Below are positions 1 through 8,250 of a stretch of 64,000 bases of DNA, piece by piece. Position numbers and translations under genes: made by a program. The number at the start of each line of letters is the position of its first letter. The first letter of the stretch is position 1. The stretch comes from a virus. Its lineage: Duplodnaviria; Caudoviricetes. The stretch is from positions 1-64,000 of IMG/VR virus record IMGVR_UViG_2788499831_000001; one strand, 5' to 3'. The notes below the pieces were generated by a model. It was not told where the DNA came from, did no database searches, and saw only the letters and a program-made list of their open reading frames with translations.

Positions 1-333
1 ATGAGTTATGATACAGTCGCATCGCTACAACGTATGCAACAATTAGAACAAGCTCAAGCTGCAGCTGGGAAACGTTTAGTATTAAAATCAATATATTCGT
101 CTGTAGACGTTGCGTTAATAATCGTTGCAGTTATTCTATTCATTCCAACCTTCACTTTTTCTTTAGTGGCATTTTTAGTTTACTATTATACAAAATTCTT
201 TTTTATGAAAACACGATTAGTAAAGAATGTAGCTACTGGTGAAAAATTTTATGTGGATAAAGAAGAATTTAAGCAATATAAGAAGAACTCTAAGAAAAAG
301 GAAAAACAAGTTAGAAGGATATCTGATTTGTAA
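1..333 (+). CDS. hypothetical membrane protein
   Basis: 110-aa ORF with a central hydrophobic stretch and a basic C-terminus. Confidence 0.6.
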   Translation: MSYDTVASLQRMQQLEQAQAAAGKRLVLKSIYSSVDVALIIVAVILFIPTFTFSLVAFLVYYYTKFFFMKTRLVKNVATGEKFYVDKEEFKQYKKNSKKKEKQVRRISDL

Positions 334-404
334 TAATAGTATTTTAGAAGTAATGCATGTAAAATAGGCATTGAAATATTAAAATATCAAAAGGAAGTGT
401 TTAC

Positions 405-605
405 ATGAATTTTACTAAATGGCAACTTGAAGTGCTATCTGAGTTAGTTAGTGAAAAAAGTAAAGAAGCTTATAGACCAGGCAACACTACTGGAAACGTA
501 ACGATAAACGGCAGATCTTATCAAGCGTTCCCTGAAAGTGCTGGGGATGAAAATAACTTGAAATCTTTAGATGATAAATTGCAAGCCGCTCTTCAATCGA
601 AATAA
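405..605 (+). CDS. hypothetical protein
   Basis: 66-aa ORF with RBS aaaggaag. Confidence 0.55.
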   Translation: MNFTKWQLEVLSELVSEKSKEAYRPGNTTGNVTINGRSYQAFPESAGDENNLKSLDDKLQAALQSK

Positions 606-607
606 AA

Positions 608-643
608 TAAAAAAGCCGACTCAATTAAGAGCCGGCAATTTTT
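608..643. terminator. bidirectional intrinsic terminator
   Basis: A-run, GCCG(A/G)C hairpin and T-run between the convergent 405..605 ORF and the amidase. Confidence 0.6.
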
Positions 644-650
644 ATGCTTA

Positions 651-1697
651 CTATTTAATTTTTACATAATAAGGACTAGCTGTAATATAGAATACATTAC
701 CCTTACTATTCTTCACTTTATATTGCTGCGAGCCATTTACAGACACTTTATCGATAATTGTAAACCCTAAACCTTCATCGACAGTTCCTGCAACATCTCT
801 ATCAGACCAAGAAGCTTTTGAATAGAATCGTAGGTCATTCACTTTAGAAACTACACGTTTATCTTCCACGGATGAAGCTTCTTCTTTATAACGAATATAT
901 GAAGAATCATTATAAATCCACTGATTACCGCCAACATTTAACCAGTTCCCTAGCTTACCCCAAACTTTATAAGACTCATTTTTTTGCAACTTACGAATTA
1001 CACTATTGCTTGTGGATGGCCCAGACCGAAGGTTTACATTAGAACCATCAATATAAGCCACTCCACTTGTTTCTGTTACGTTTCCTGAAGGTTGTTGTGG
1101 TTTTGCTTCCACAGTGACAGAATGCCCGTTATACGCCTTTAAAACATTGTTTCTAAATTGGGATTCTGATACACCATGACTTTTAAGATATTGTATTGGG
1201 TCTTCATGATCTGTACCGCCAAGTTTGTATGTAATATCTTTATGAGTCCATAATCCAACACTTGGATGGATGTTTCTATCACGTAAGATTTTAGCAAGTA
1301 ACTTTACATATCTTTCATATGATTTCTTAAATTTAATAGGGTCACTTGTTTCGGATAATTCTACATGAACAAATCTTTTATTGGCAGCTGGACCCGCTCC
1401 CCATGCTTGATATTTAGTAGAAGCAATTTGAATTGTTTCATCCCAATCCGTCGCATAATGAACGAATGCACTACGCCATGTTCTAGCTTCATAGTTTCTG
1501 ATATTAATAGCCGGTGCTTCTGATGTCGCTGTACTATGAGCCACAACCCCTTCATATGCTCCATATCCATTGCGGTATTCAACTTTTGGTAGTCCTGGAA
1601 TAATCATTTCTCTATCTGCAAAAACACTTCCTACAGATGTTAATGTAATCATGGCAGCCATCGAAATTGATACTAAGATTTTAATAGATTTTTTCAT
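651..1697 (-). CDS. endolysin, N-acetylmuramoyl-L-alanine amidase (Amidase_2 with SH3-like cell-wall binding domains)
   Basis: VAHSTAT, AFVHY, HVELSE and DHEDP amidase motifs; SH3b-like NVNLRSGPST; signal-peptide-like N-terminus. Confidence 0.92.
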   Translation of the reverse strand: MKKSIKILVSISMAAMITLTSVGSVFADREMIIPGLPKVEYRNGYGAYEGVVAHSTATSEAPAINIRNYEARTWRSAFVHYATDWDETIQIASTKYQAWGAGPAANKRFVHVELSETSDPIKFKKSYERYVKLLAKILRDRNIHPSVGLWTHKDITYKLGGTDHEDPIQYLKSHGVSESQFRNNVLKAYNGHSVTVEAKPQQPSGNVTETSGVAYIDGSNVNLRSGPSTSNSVIRKLQKNESYKVWGKLGNWLNVGGNQWIYNDSSYIRYKEEASSVEDKRVVSKVNDLRFYSKASWSDRDVAGTVDEGLGFTIIDKVSVNGSQQYKVKNSKGNVFYITASPYYVKIK

Positions 1698-1966
1698 TTC
1701 CCATCACCATTCCCCATAATTATTTGTTTGATTTCAGATACATCTTTAGATAGCGCACCAAATGCCTCAGCTTGTTTAGTAATTACAATCTGATTTTCTG
1801 TAATTGTTTGCTGATATTTATCTTCACGTTCTTTATTTTCTTGACGTGACGCTTCTAATAGCTCCTTGCTTTCTTTCCTCGAAGAGAATAAAAGCCAAAC
1901 AAAAAGAGCGCCGAAAGCGCCCTGCTGAATTATTGAATTAAAAATTTGTTCCTCCACTGTCCTCAT
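1694..1966 (-). CDS. BhlA/UviB-family holin
   Basis: QQGAFGALFVWLLF motif, 90 aa, overlaps the amidase start. Confidence 0.85.
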   Translation of the reverse strand: MRTVEEQIFNSIIQQGAFGALFVWLLFSSRKESKELLEASRQENKEREDKYQQTITENQIVITKQAEAFGALSKDVSEIKQIIMGNGDGK

Positions 1967-2034
1967 CCCCTTTTTATAAAATAAAAAAGCCTGCTATAAG
2001 CACGCTTCGTTTTATTGTAAAATCCGTATTTAAT

Positions 2035-2145
2035 TTATTGCACTAACGCAAATACTGTATCAATTATAATTATCCAAAGAACTGCCGATGCTATACCACC
2101 TAGAACTAAAGCTTTTCCAAACCTATTTTCATTAACCATATTCAT
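2035..2145 (-). CDS. 36-aa membrane peptide MNMVNENRFGKALVLGGIASAVLWIIIIDTVFALVQ (not in ORF track)
   Basis: RBS gcgaggt; single TM segment; the second copy (ATG ~56117) keeps the frame with conservative C-terminal changes. Confidence 0.65.
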   Translation of the reverse strand: MNMVNENRFGKALVLGGIASAVLWIIIIDTVFALVQ

Positions 2146-2301
2146 AATATCTACCTCGCTTAGATAAGTTTCGTATAGATTATATTAGTATTGTTAAATC
2201 TTAATGGTTTCTATGTGAATTTAATGTGTTCAATTTCTTGCAATATAAAAAGAGTAGCGATATCGCTGCTCTTGGTTATACAAACAGTATTTTGTTAAAA
2301 G

Positions 2302-2514
2302 TTATTCGTCATCATACATTGAGCATGATATATCTAATATCTCGAAAATTTCACCAAGTAACTCTAGGTTGTAGTCGTGTTTTATTTTGTCCCAGGCAAC
2401 ACCTTTAAATCCGAATGTATTTTCACAATACCTAAACATCTTCTCGAATTCTCCAAATTCATCTAAGTCGAAATCTGTACTGTATATCTTTACACAATAT
2501 ATGATAATTAACAC
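2302..2514 (-). CDS. hypothetical acidic protein (repeat cassette)
   Basis: GTG start after ggag; 70 aa; duplicated at 56274..56486. Confidence 0.6.
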   Translation of the reverse strand: MLIIIYCVKIYSTDFDLDEFGEFEKMFRYCENTFGFKGVAWDKIKHDYNLELLGEIFEILDISCSMYDDE

Positions 2515-2539
2515 TCTCCATTATATTTTTATTAAAGAT

Positions 2540-2704
2540 TTATTCAGTACTAGGAATTACCCACCATTTACCCTTTAAATATATATAGCCAAGATGTCCT
2601 CCGGGTTTTCGATTCATATCTATGACACGATCGCATTCATGAGGTTCTTTAATAGTTTTTATAAATTCTTTTACATCTGTAATTCCATTTCCGTAATCAT
2701 ACAT
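2540..2704 (-). CDS. 54-aa hypothetical protein MYDYGNGITDVKEF...WWVIPSTE (not in ORF track)
   Basis: aaaggag RBS upstream in both repeat copies; repeat identity begins exactly at its ATG. Confidence 0.6.
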   Translation of the reverse strand: MYDYGNGITDVKEFIKTIKEPHECDRVIDMNRKPGGHLGYIYLKGKWWVIPSTE

Positions 2705-2755
2705 TATGAAATCCATCTCCTTTCAAAATAAAAAAGATTAGCGATATCGCTGCCC

Positions 2756-2938
2756 TTAGTCTAATTCTTTATAAAAATCTTCACGATACTTTTGCACTTT
2801 TTTTATGAGATAATCCATTTCACCATCTATTGTTATACCAGGTGCTCCGCCACCATGTTCATGTATTTCAGATTTTGCAGACGCTTCATATTCATTAAGG
2901 AGATTTTCAAAAATCTGTTTTAACACTTCTTTGTCCAT
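2756..2938 (-). CDS. hypothetical protein
   Basis: 60 aa from ATG after gaggtg RBS. Confidence 0.6.
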   Translation of the reverse strand: MDKEVLKQIFENLLNEYEASAKSEIHEHGGGAPGITIDGEMDYLIKKVQKYREDFYKELD

Positions 2939-2950
2939 CAGATACACCTC

Positions 2951-3127
2951 TTATGAATAAATTTCTTTGTGAACTTTTATTGATAATGGACTATTTATCA
3001 CGACTGCCCAACCATTACAACTCGTTTCTTTGCACTTGCAAGGTAATGTCACGAAACTCTCGTTATATTCTTCTAATGTGATATCAGAACATTTACAGTA
3101 TCCTTCCTCAAATTCTTCTTTTGTCAT
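2951..3127 (-). CDS. small Cys-rich hypothetical protein
   Basis: 58 aa from MTKEEFEEGYCKC; RBS aaagga. Confidence 0.55.
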   Translation of the reverse strand: MTKEEFEEGYCKCSDITLEEYNESFVTLPCKCKETSCNGWAVVINSPLSIKVHKEIYS

Positions 3128-3178
3128 ATTGTCATTCCTTTTTTCAATAATAAAAAGAGTAGCCATAGCCACCCTTTT

Positions 3179-3886
3179 TTATAATCTTCTTCTATCCCAA
3201 GTAACACCTGTTTTAAATACTTTTGCAGGAGACCCTACAATCGAGCAATTCGGCGGAAACTCTTTCGTAACGATTGATCTACTACCAACAATGCTATCAT
3301 CTGATAAATTTGTACCTTTTAAGATTTGCACTTGATGCCCTACCCAAACATGATTACCGATGTTAACATCTTTAGCAGGATTAATACGTTGGTTAGTTTC
3401 TAAGTCAATAATAGAATGCGAGTCACTATTTCGAATATCTATACCGAAAGAGAACATGCAATCTTTACCTATGGTAATTTTCCCATTAGGTTCTACAACT
3501 GAAATGCCAGCTTCCATAATTGTTGTTTCGTCCCCTATTTCAATTGAACAATTATTGTCCTCAAACCAGATTACTCCACGTTTCATGTAACAGTTTTTAC
3601 CGAAGTGAAGTTTATGATTATCTCCATTTATATAAACTTGTACATTTGAAAGGCGTGTGCCTTCTTCTATTATTATAGTGTTTCCATTACCATTTATATT
3701 GAATTGCATTTTAGATAAAAATGCACCTTGGTTAATGAGTTTGTTATCTTTACCTTTTATCTTTTTCTTATTCTTGTTTAGTATGCAATATAATTGCGAT
3801 ATTCTTTTACGAATATTAGGGTTATTACGTTGTTTTTCATCTAAAATAGACTTGATTTTACTTTTCAAGAATTCCCCTCCCCACAA
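3179..3886 (-). CDS. hexapeptide-repeat (LbH) O-acyltransferase, polysaccharide/sugar O-acetyltransferase-like
   Basis: Repeated IGxx hexapeptides; DIRNSDSHSI, IGNHVWVG and IVGSPAK motifs; true start probably TTG ~3865. Confidence 0.85.
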   Translation of the reverse strand: MWGGEFLKSKIKSILDEKQRNNPNIRKRISQLYCILNKNKKKIKGKDNKLINQGAFLSKMQFNINGNGNTIIIEEGTRLSNVQVYINGDNHKLHFGKNCYMKRGVIWFEDNNCSIEIGDETTIMEAGISVVEPNGKITIGKDCMFSFGIDIRNSDSHSIIDLETNQRINPAKDVNIGNHVWVGHQVQILKGTNLSDDSIVGSRSIVTKEFPPNCSIVGSPAKVFKTGVTWDRRRL

Positions 3887-3938
3887 TTATATTTTATCAT
3901 GCATTTGCATATTTAGAATAACGTTTTTTGTCATATTT

Positions 3939-5762
3939 CTACATTTTTATCCAATATGAATCAGTTTTTTGCAAAGTTACATATTGGCTTGGATTCAGAG
4001 AAATATTAGACCCTAAATTCAGCAAGTTATTTCCTACACCACTATTGTTTAGCGTAAGCGTACCGCCACCTCCACAGATAATAGTTACTATCTGTCCAAC
4101 GTTTCCTACTATATCGTTAATGTTTCCTGTTACCCCTTTGAGAATAAACGGGAAGTTTTGATTGAAGGGATTAGAGTTTTTAGTTATTATTGTACTCAAA
4201 TCTAAAGTCCCGCTAATAGTTCTCGGTGTTGCGTTCACATTTCCAAATGTTTTGTTAGTATCAACAAAGTCTAAAGAATAATTCTCTGCAATGCCCCTGT
4301 TTTGGAAAATGGAACCACGATAAGTGTTTTTACTTGTAATAATACTATTTTGTTCCGGAAATGGAACCGCAGGATCTCCTACGAATAATGGATAATGAGA
4401 AATAGTTGATAAATCAACAAATCCATAGTAGAATTTTGAGTCTCCTTGTTTAGTAATAACGTTATCGCTAAGCTTTATATTGACTGTATTGTAACCTGCG
4501 TTAATACCATGTCTAGTTGGATAAGCTATATTGTTCCCTGATACAATTACTGAGGCTTCCTGATAAGTTGCCTTATCCGTAACTTCTAAATAGATACCGC
4601 TACTCGGTTCTCGTTGTCCGCACCAAGCCATGTTATTATTAGAAATGATTAATGATCGCATATCCTCGCAATATATAGATTCTAGTCCTGCTTCGAATAG
4701 GTCATTATTAGAAATAATCGTAAAGTTGCTTTGCTTCACATAAACGTTATACATTTTATCAGCCGGTTTAAGTCTGTAAAACCGATGAAATAAAATGTTG
4801 TTTATAATAATTAATCCGTCTTGACCTTCGAAGTGAAAATGAGTAAGTCCTCTTATATAAAAATATGCCTGGCAACCTTTAACCTGCCAATCTCCATGTT
4901 GACTATAAACCCAAGTTGATGGAACTCCAGAAGTATAAGGAGACCAACTAGTGCGAACTGCCATATCAACATCGTAATACATACAATCACTGATAATAAC
5001 CCGTGCAGTTTGTTGGTAAGGCACATCATTGTGGATAGCTTCTCCGTGAATGGCATACCTATAATTTTGGAAATAGCAATCAGATACATTAACACATCGA
5101 GTATTTCGGATAACGATCGCATCTGTATTGTTACCTACATTATGCACAAAACGCAAACCTTCAACTCTTGTAAATAAATCTTTTATGTTATTGTCATAAC
5201 TTGGATTTGCCCTTTCAACTGAACGGATTAAAACCGTTCCTTTTAGCGTTCCAGAACCAGTCAGTTTAATATGTTTAGAAGAAATTAGAACTGTTGAAAA
5301 TTTGTACTCACCAATTGGAAAAAAGACCGTTCCTCCCTGGTCTCCAAAAGTATCTTTTATATAATTAATCGCAGCTTGGATAGCGTTTGTGTCGTCTGTT
5401 ACACCATCACCTTTTGCTCCGAAATCTAGTACACTAACCCAGTTCTTCTTTAATCTGTCAATCTTCAATTGCTCTGCATCAATACGTTCCTTTGCTGTCC
5501 CATATACTACACTATTTGCATCAACTCGGATTTGTTTTGTTTCTGGGTCAATAGAACCTTCAACAACAATCCCGTTTAATTGCTGTTGAACACTTTTTGA
5601 TAATGTATCAGCCGCATTAGATTTTTCTTCAGCCACTACGGATTTTTCTTCAGCCTTATACGATTTTCTTAATGCTTCATTCGCATTATCAATCCCCATA
5701 TTAATCTTGTAATAACTTTCGCTAATCCTCTCTGTACCTTGTAACTTAGGCGCATCAGCCAT
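3939..5762 (-). CDS. tailspike / receptor-binding protein with pectate-lyase-like parallel beta-helix (phage A)
   Basis: VSVLDFGAKGDGVTDDT motif, beta-helix repeats, directly after Dit. Confidence 0.85.
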   Translation of the reverse strand: MADAPKLQGTERISESYYKINMGIDNANEALRKSYKAEEKSVVAEEKSNAADTLSKSVQQQLNGIVVEGSIDPETKQIRVDANSVVYGTAKERIDAEQLKIDRLKKNWVSVLDFGAKGDGVTDDTNAIQAAINYIKDTFGDQGGTVFFPIGEYKFSTVLISSKHIKLTGSGTLKGTVLIRSVERANPSYDNNIKDLFTRVEGLRFVHNVGNNTDAIVIRNTRCVNVSDCYFQNYRYAIHGEAIHNDVPYQQTARVIISDCMYYDVDMAVRTSWSPYTSGVPSTWVYSQHGDWQVKGCQAYFYIRGLTHFHFEGQDGLIIINNILFHRFYRLKPADKMYNVYVKQSNFTIISNNDLFEAGLESIYCEDMRSLIISNNNMAWCGQREPSSGIYLEVTDKATYQEASVIVSGNNIAYPTRHGINAGYNTVNIKLSDNVITKQGDSKFYYGFVDLSTISHYPLFVGDPAVPFPEQNSIITSKNTYRGSIFQNRGIAENYSLDFVDTNKTFGNVNATPRTISGTLDLSTIITKNSNPFNQNFPFILKGVTGNINDIVGNVGQIVTIICGGGGTLTLNNSGVGNNLLNLGSNISLNPSQYVTLQKTDSYWIKM

Positions 5763-5775
5763 TTACGTCACCACC

Positions 5776-6585
5776 TTATATATATTTAGCGCGGTATTTG
5801 AATGCAATGTTTATATTTAGGTTTGAACCGCCTATTTGTATTGCATTAGCGCCTGGCATTAACTCGAATTTTTCTAAGTTTCCTTGCATTTGAAATAAGA
5901 AATTCTGTCCGTTCTTTATTACTGCATATCGCTCTGCATCAATTAAAAACGAAGAATTTGTAAAAGACCCAAAAGAAAAACGCCCACCTTTTAAAGTGAA
6001 CGTTAAATCGTTAGCACTGCCACTGATTTCAATTACAGGGCGTACAACTTTCTGCCCGTAATTTTCTGCAATTAAAGTTTTTGGATCAGTAACTGTATAA
6101 GATGTCTTTTTAAAATTAATAGGAATATCTGACATCCAAGGGACCATATCTTGCCAACGGATTTCCTCTGTACTTTGCAATACAGAATATGCATGAGGGT
6201 CATAAGCTATTAAAGGTAATTCAAATTTACCCATCTTAAAATATCGATCAATTGAAAGTGAACCGCTATATTGAACCTTGTAATATTTATCTGGTTCGTA
6301 ATCATAAATCAGCTTTACTTCCTTCGGTTTACCGTAAGGATCAATAAAAGCAGCCACCGTTTTTCTGATAGCTGCCGCTAATGAAAACCTATCTTCTTGT
6401 GGTTTGATAATTAATGGTAAATTAAACTCTAAAGGGTCTATGTCTGAACCAAAGTAATAAGCACCAGGACGTCCGGGAATAGAAACTGTATAGTCACGAA
6501 TTGGCGGAGCGGCTGGATGTTGGAATCCTGGTAAAAGCGCTAAACCCAATTGTTTTAACGATTTCCCATCTATTGTCAAACTCAT
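5776..6585 (-). CDS. distal tail protein (Dit)
   Basis: Directly after TMP; Sipho_tail-like sequence (RPGAYY, ELMPGANAI). Confidence 0.85.
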   Translation of the reverse strand: MSLTIDGKSLKQLGLALLPGFQHPAAPPIRDYTVSIPGRPGAYYFGSDIDPLEFNLPLIIKPQEDRFSLAAAIRKTVAAFIDPYGKPKEVKLIYDYEPDKYYKVQYSGSLSIDRYFKMGKFELPLIAYDPHAYSVLQSTEEIRWQDMVPWMSDIPINFKKTSYTVTDPKTLIAENYGQKVVRPVIEISGSANDLTFTLKGGRFSFGSFTNSSFLIDAERYAVIKNGQNFLFQMQGNLEKFELMPGANAIQIGGSNLNINIAFKYRAKYI

Positions 6586-8021
6586 AACTGCCCCACCTTT
6601 CTTCCTGATGTCTTAATATGTTTGCCTAACTCTACTGCTAATTTTTGAACATCGGCTTCTTCTCTAATTACAAATGTTGAACCCCTAAACATATCAGCAA
6701 AGTTATATGAATCCGATTTATTTGCATTTGAAGAGGAATTGCCATCCACACTACTTTGACTAGCATTTCTACTCATTGCTTGTGAGCTATTAGCCATACT
6801 GCCATATACATTACTCATGACACTTTTTAAGCCGGATAACTCTTTCATAGAATTAGCCATCGAATAACTTATATCGCCAATTAATCGGCTCATAGTACCA
6901 GTAATACCAAGTGATTTTTCGTTTGAGGATAATGGCGTTACAGAAACACGATTACCTCTCTTAGTAAATAACTCCGGTCCAGCTTCACCAGCAATAAATG
7001 AACCATCCCCGAGAACATGTCCACCTGTCGCTAACATTGGGATTGTAGGGATATGAGTTTTCCCACCACCGACAAACGGGACCCAATCTGGCATATCTAT
7101 GCTGTTAATACCCTCAATCAATGCATTAATCATTGAAATTACAGCGTTTATAGGCGCTTTCGCTGCTAATTCTATTCCGTTGAATACTCCATCAAATATT
7201 TTCACAATTCCTTTCCAAGCTTTGTCCCAATCTCCTGAGAAAGCACCAGAAATGAAATCGATAATTCCGTTTAAAATTGGCTTTAAGACTGTATCCCACA
7301 CAACTTTGATTCCATCAAATGCATCTGATACAACACTACCAATAGCACTAAATACAAATTTAAAAGCTGGTAACAGGACATTTTCTATGAATGATGAAAT
7401 TTTTGAAAAAACAGGTGAGAGTATTTCTTCCCAAACACGTTTGATAATATCAAATGCATCTTTAACAATATCCTTTATCAATGTAAATCCTTTATCAAAT
7501 ACCGGTTGTAAAGTTCCAACGATTATAGATACTATTTGATCTATTGTCGGTTTGAAATATTCATTGTATATGGCCATAATTTTATCGCCGAACAATACCC
7601 ATATAGCAATTAAACCTGCAATTGCTGCAACTACTAAAGCAATCGGACTTGTCAATACAGCCATAACTCCAGCAAACGTTATAGCACCTGATGTGGCTAA
7701 GAAGATTACTGGGGCAAGAGCTGCACAAATTCCAACAAGTATACCGATTGCAACCGTTATAGCTGTAATTGCCGCCGCTAACACTGGATGAGCTGAAATA
7801 AAACCAGCAAATGCAGAAACAACATCAGCTACTGTAAGTAACACCGGCTCAAGAGCTTCTTTTAACTCTTTCATCGCATCTTTCCATTTGACCATTGGTG
7901 ATGCATCCAATTTATTTGCGGATTGTTGTAAATCATCTATGCCTTGTTTTAAGTCAGCTTGTTTTTGTTCGGTTTGTAAAATTGTATTTATGATTTTTTG
8001 ACCTTGGTCTTCCCACATTGT
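6582..8021 (-). CDS. tail tape measure protein, exon 2
   Basis: TMWEDQG continues ELFG of exon 1; TMP W/F repeats. Confidence 0.9.
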   Translation of the reverse strand, partial: TMWEDQGQKIINTILQTEQKQADLKQGIDDLQQSANKLDASPMVKWKDAMKELKEALEPVLLTVADVVSAFAGFISAHPVLAAAITAITVAIGILVGICAALAPVIFLATSGAITFAGVMAVLTSPIALVVAAIAGLIAIWVLFGDKIMAIYNEYFKPTIDQIVSIIVGTLQPVFDKGFTLIKDIVKDAFDIIKRVWEEILSPVFSKISSFIENVLLPAFKFVFSAIGSVVSDAFDGIKVVWDTVLKPILNGIIDFISGAFSGDWDKAWKGIVKIFDGVFNGIELAAKAPINAVISMINALIEGINSIDMPDWVPFVGGGKTHIPTIPMLATGGHVLGDGSFIAGEAGPELFTKRGNRVSVTPLSSNEKSLGITGTMSRLIGDISYSMANSMKELSGLKSVMSNVYGSMANSSQAMSRNASQSSVDGNSSSNANKSDSYNFADMFRGSTFVIREEADVQKLAVELGKHIKTSGRKVGQL

Positions 8022-8250
8022 CATTTTTGTTATCGTAAAGGCTTTTTATCCTCTACTTCTTACACTTCATATTAGTGTAAGATCGGCATACGTTTTCACT
8101 AATATAGTGTCGCGGTCTCGTGGAGGGATTATATCTTTTCACCCTCTATGCTCTGCCCCTGACTATACTTCGTATAGCCTTCGGTTCAAGTCAGGAATCT
8201 CACCCTTCTTGCTTCATACCGCGATTTTAATTCGGCACAATTTATCATCT
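8022..8250 (-). ncRNA. group I self-splicing intron (IA-like, 229 nt, no ORF) in the TMP gene
   Basis: P1 UUCGGU/GCCGAA with U-G at the 5' splice site; P10 AUUGU/ACAAU; P3 UCGCGGU/ACCGCGA; P7 GAGCAUA/UAUGCC; P8 and P9 hairpins; terminal G; removal restores the frame. Confidence 0.92.

Larger units (their letters stand above)
651..2059 (-). mobile_element. prophage B, lysis arm
   Basis: BhlA-type holin and amidase; would follow the XkdW/XkdX-like genes at 56.7-57.2 kb if phage A were removed. Confidence 0.75.
2060..2704. repeat. 645-bp direct repeat, left copy (diverged flanks extend to ~1978 and ~2736)
   Basis: Matches 56032..56676 at constant offset 53972; ORF-track translations are identical in both copies. 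Confidence 0.97.

Noticed and set aside
2226-2578. + strand ORFs in the repeat (also 56198..56550) and most other short opposite-strand ORFs in the track
   Set aside because: Shadow frames of real genes, with no RBS or recognisable motifs.
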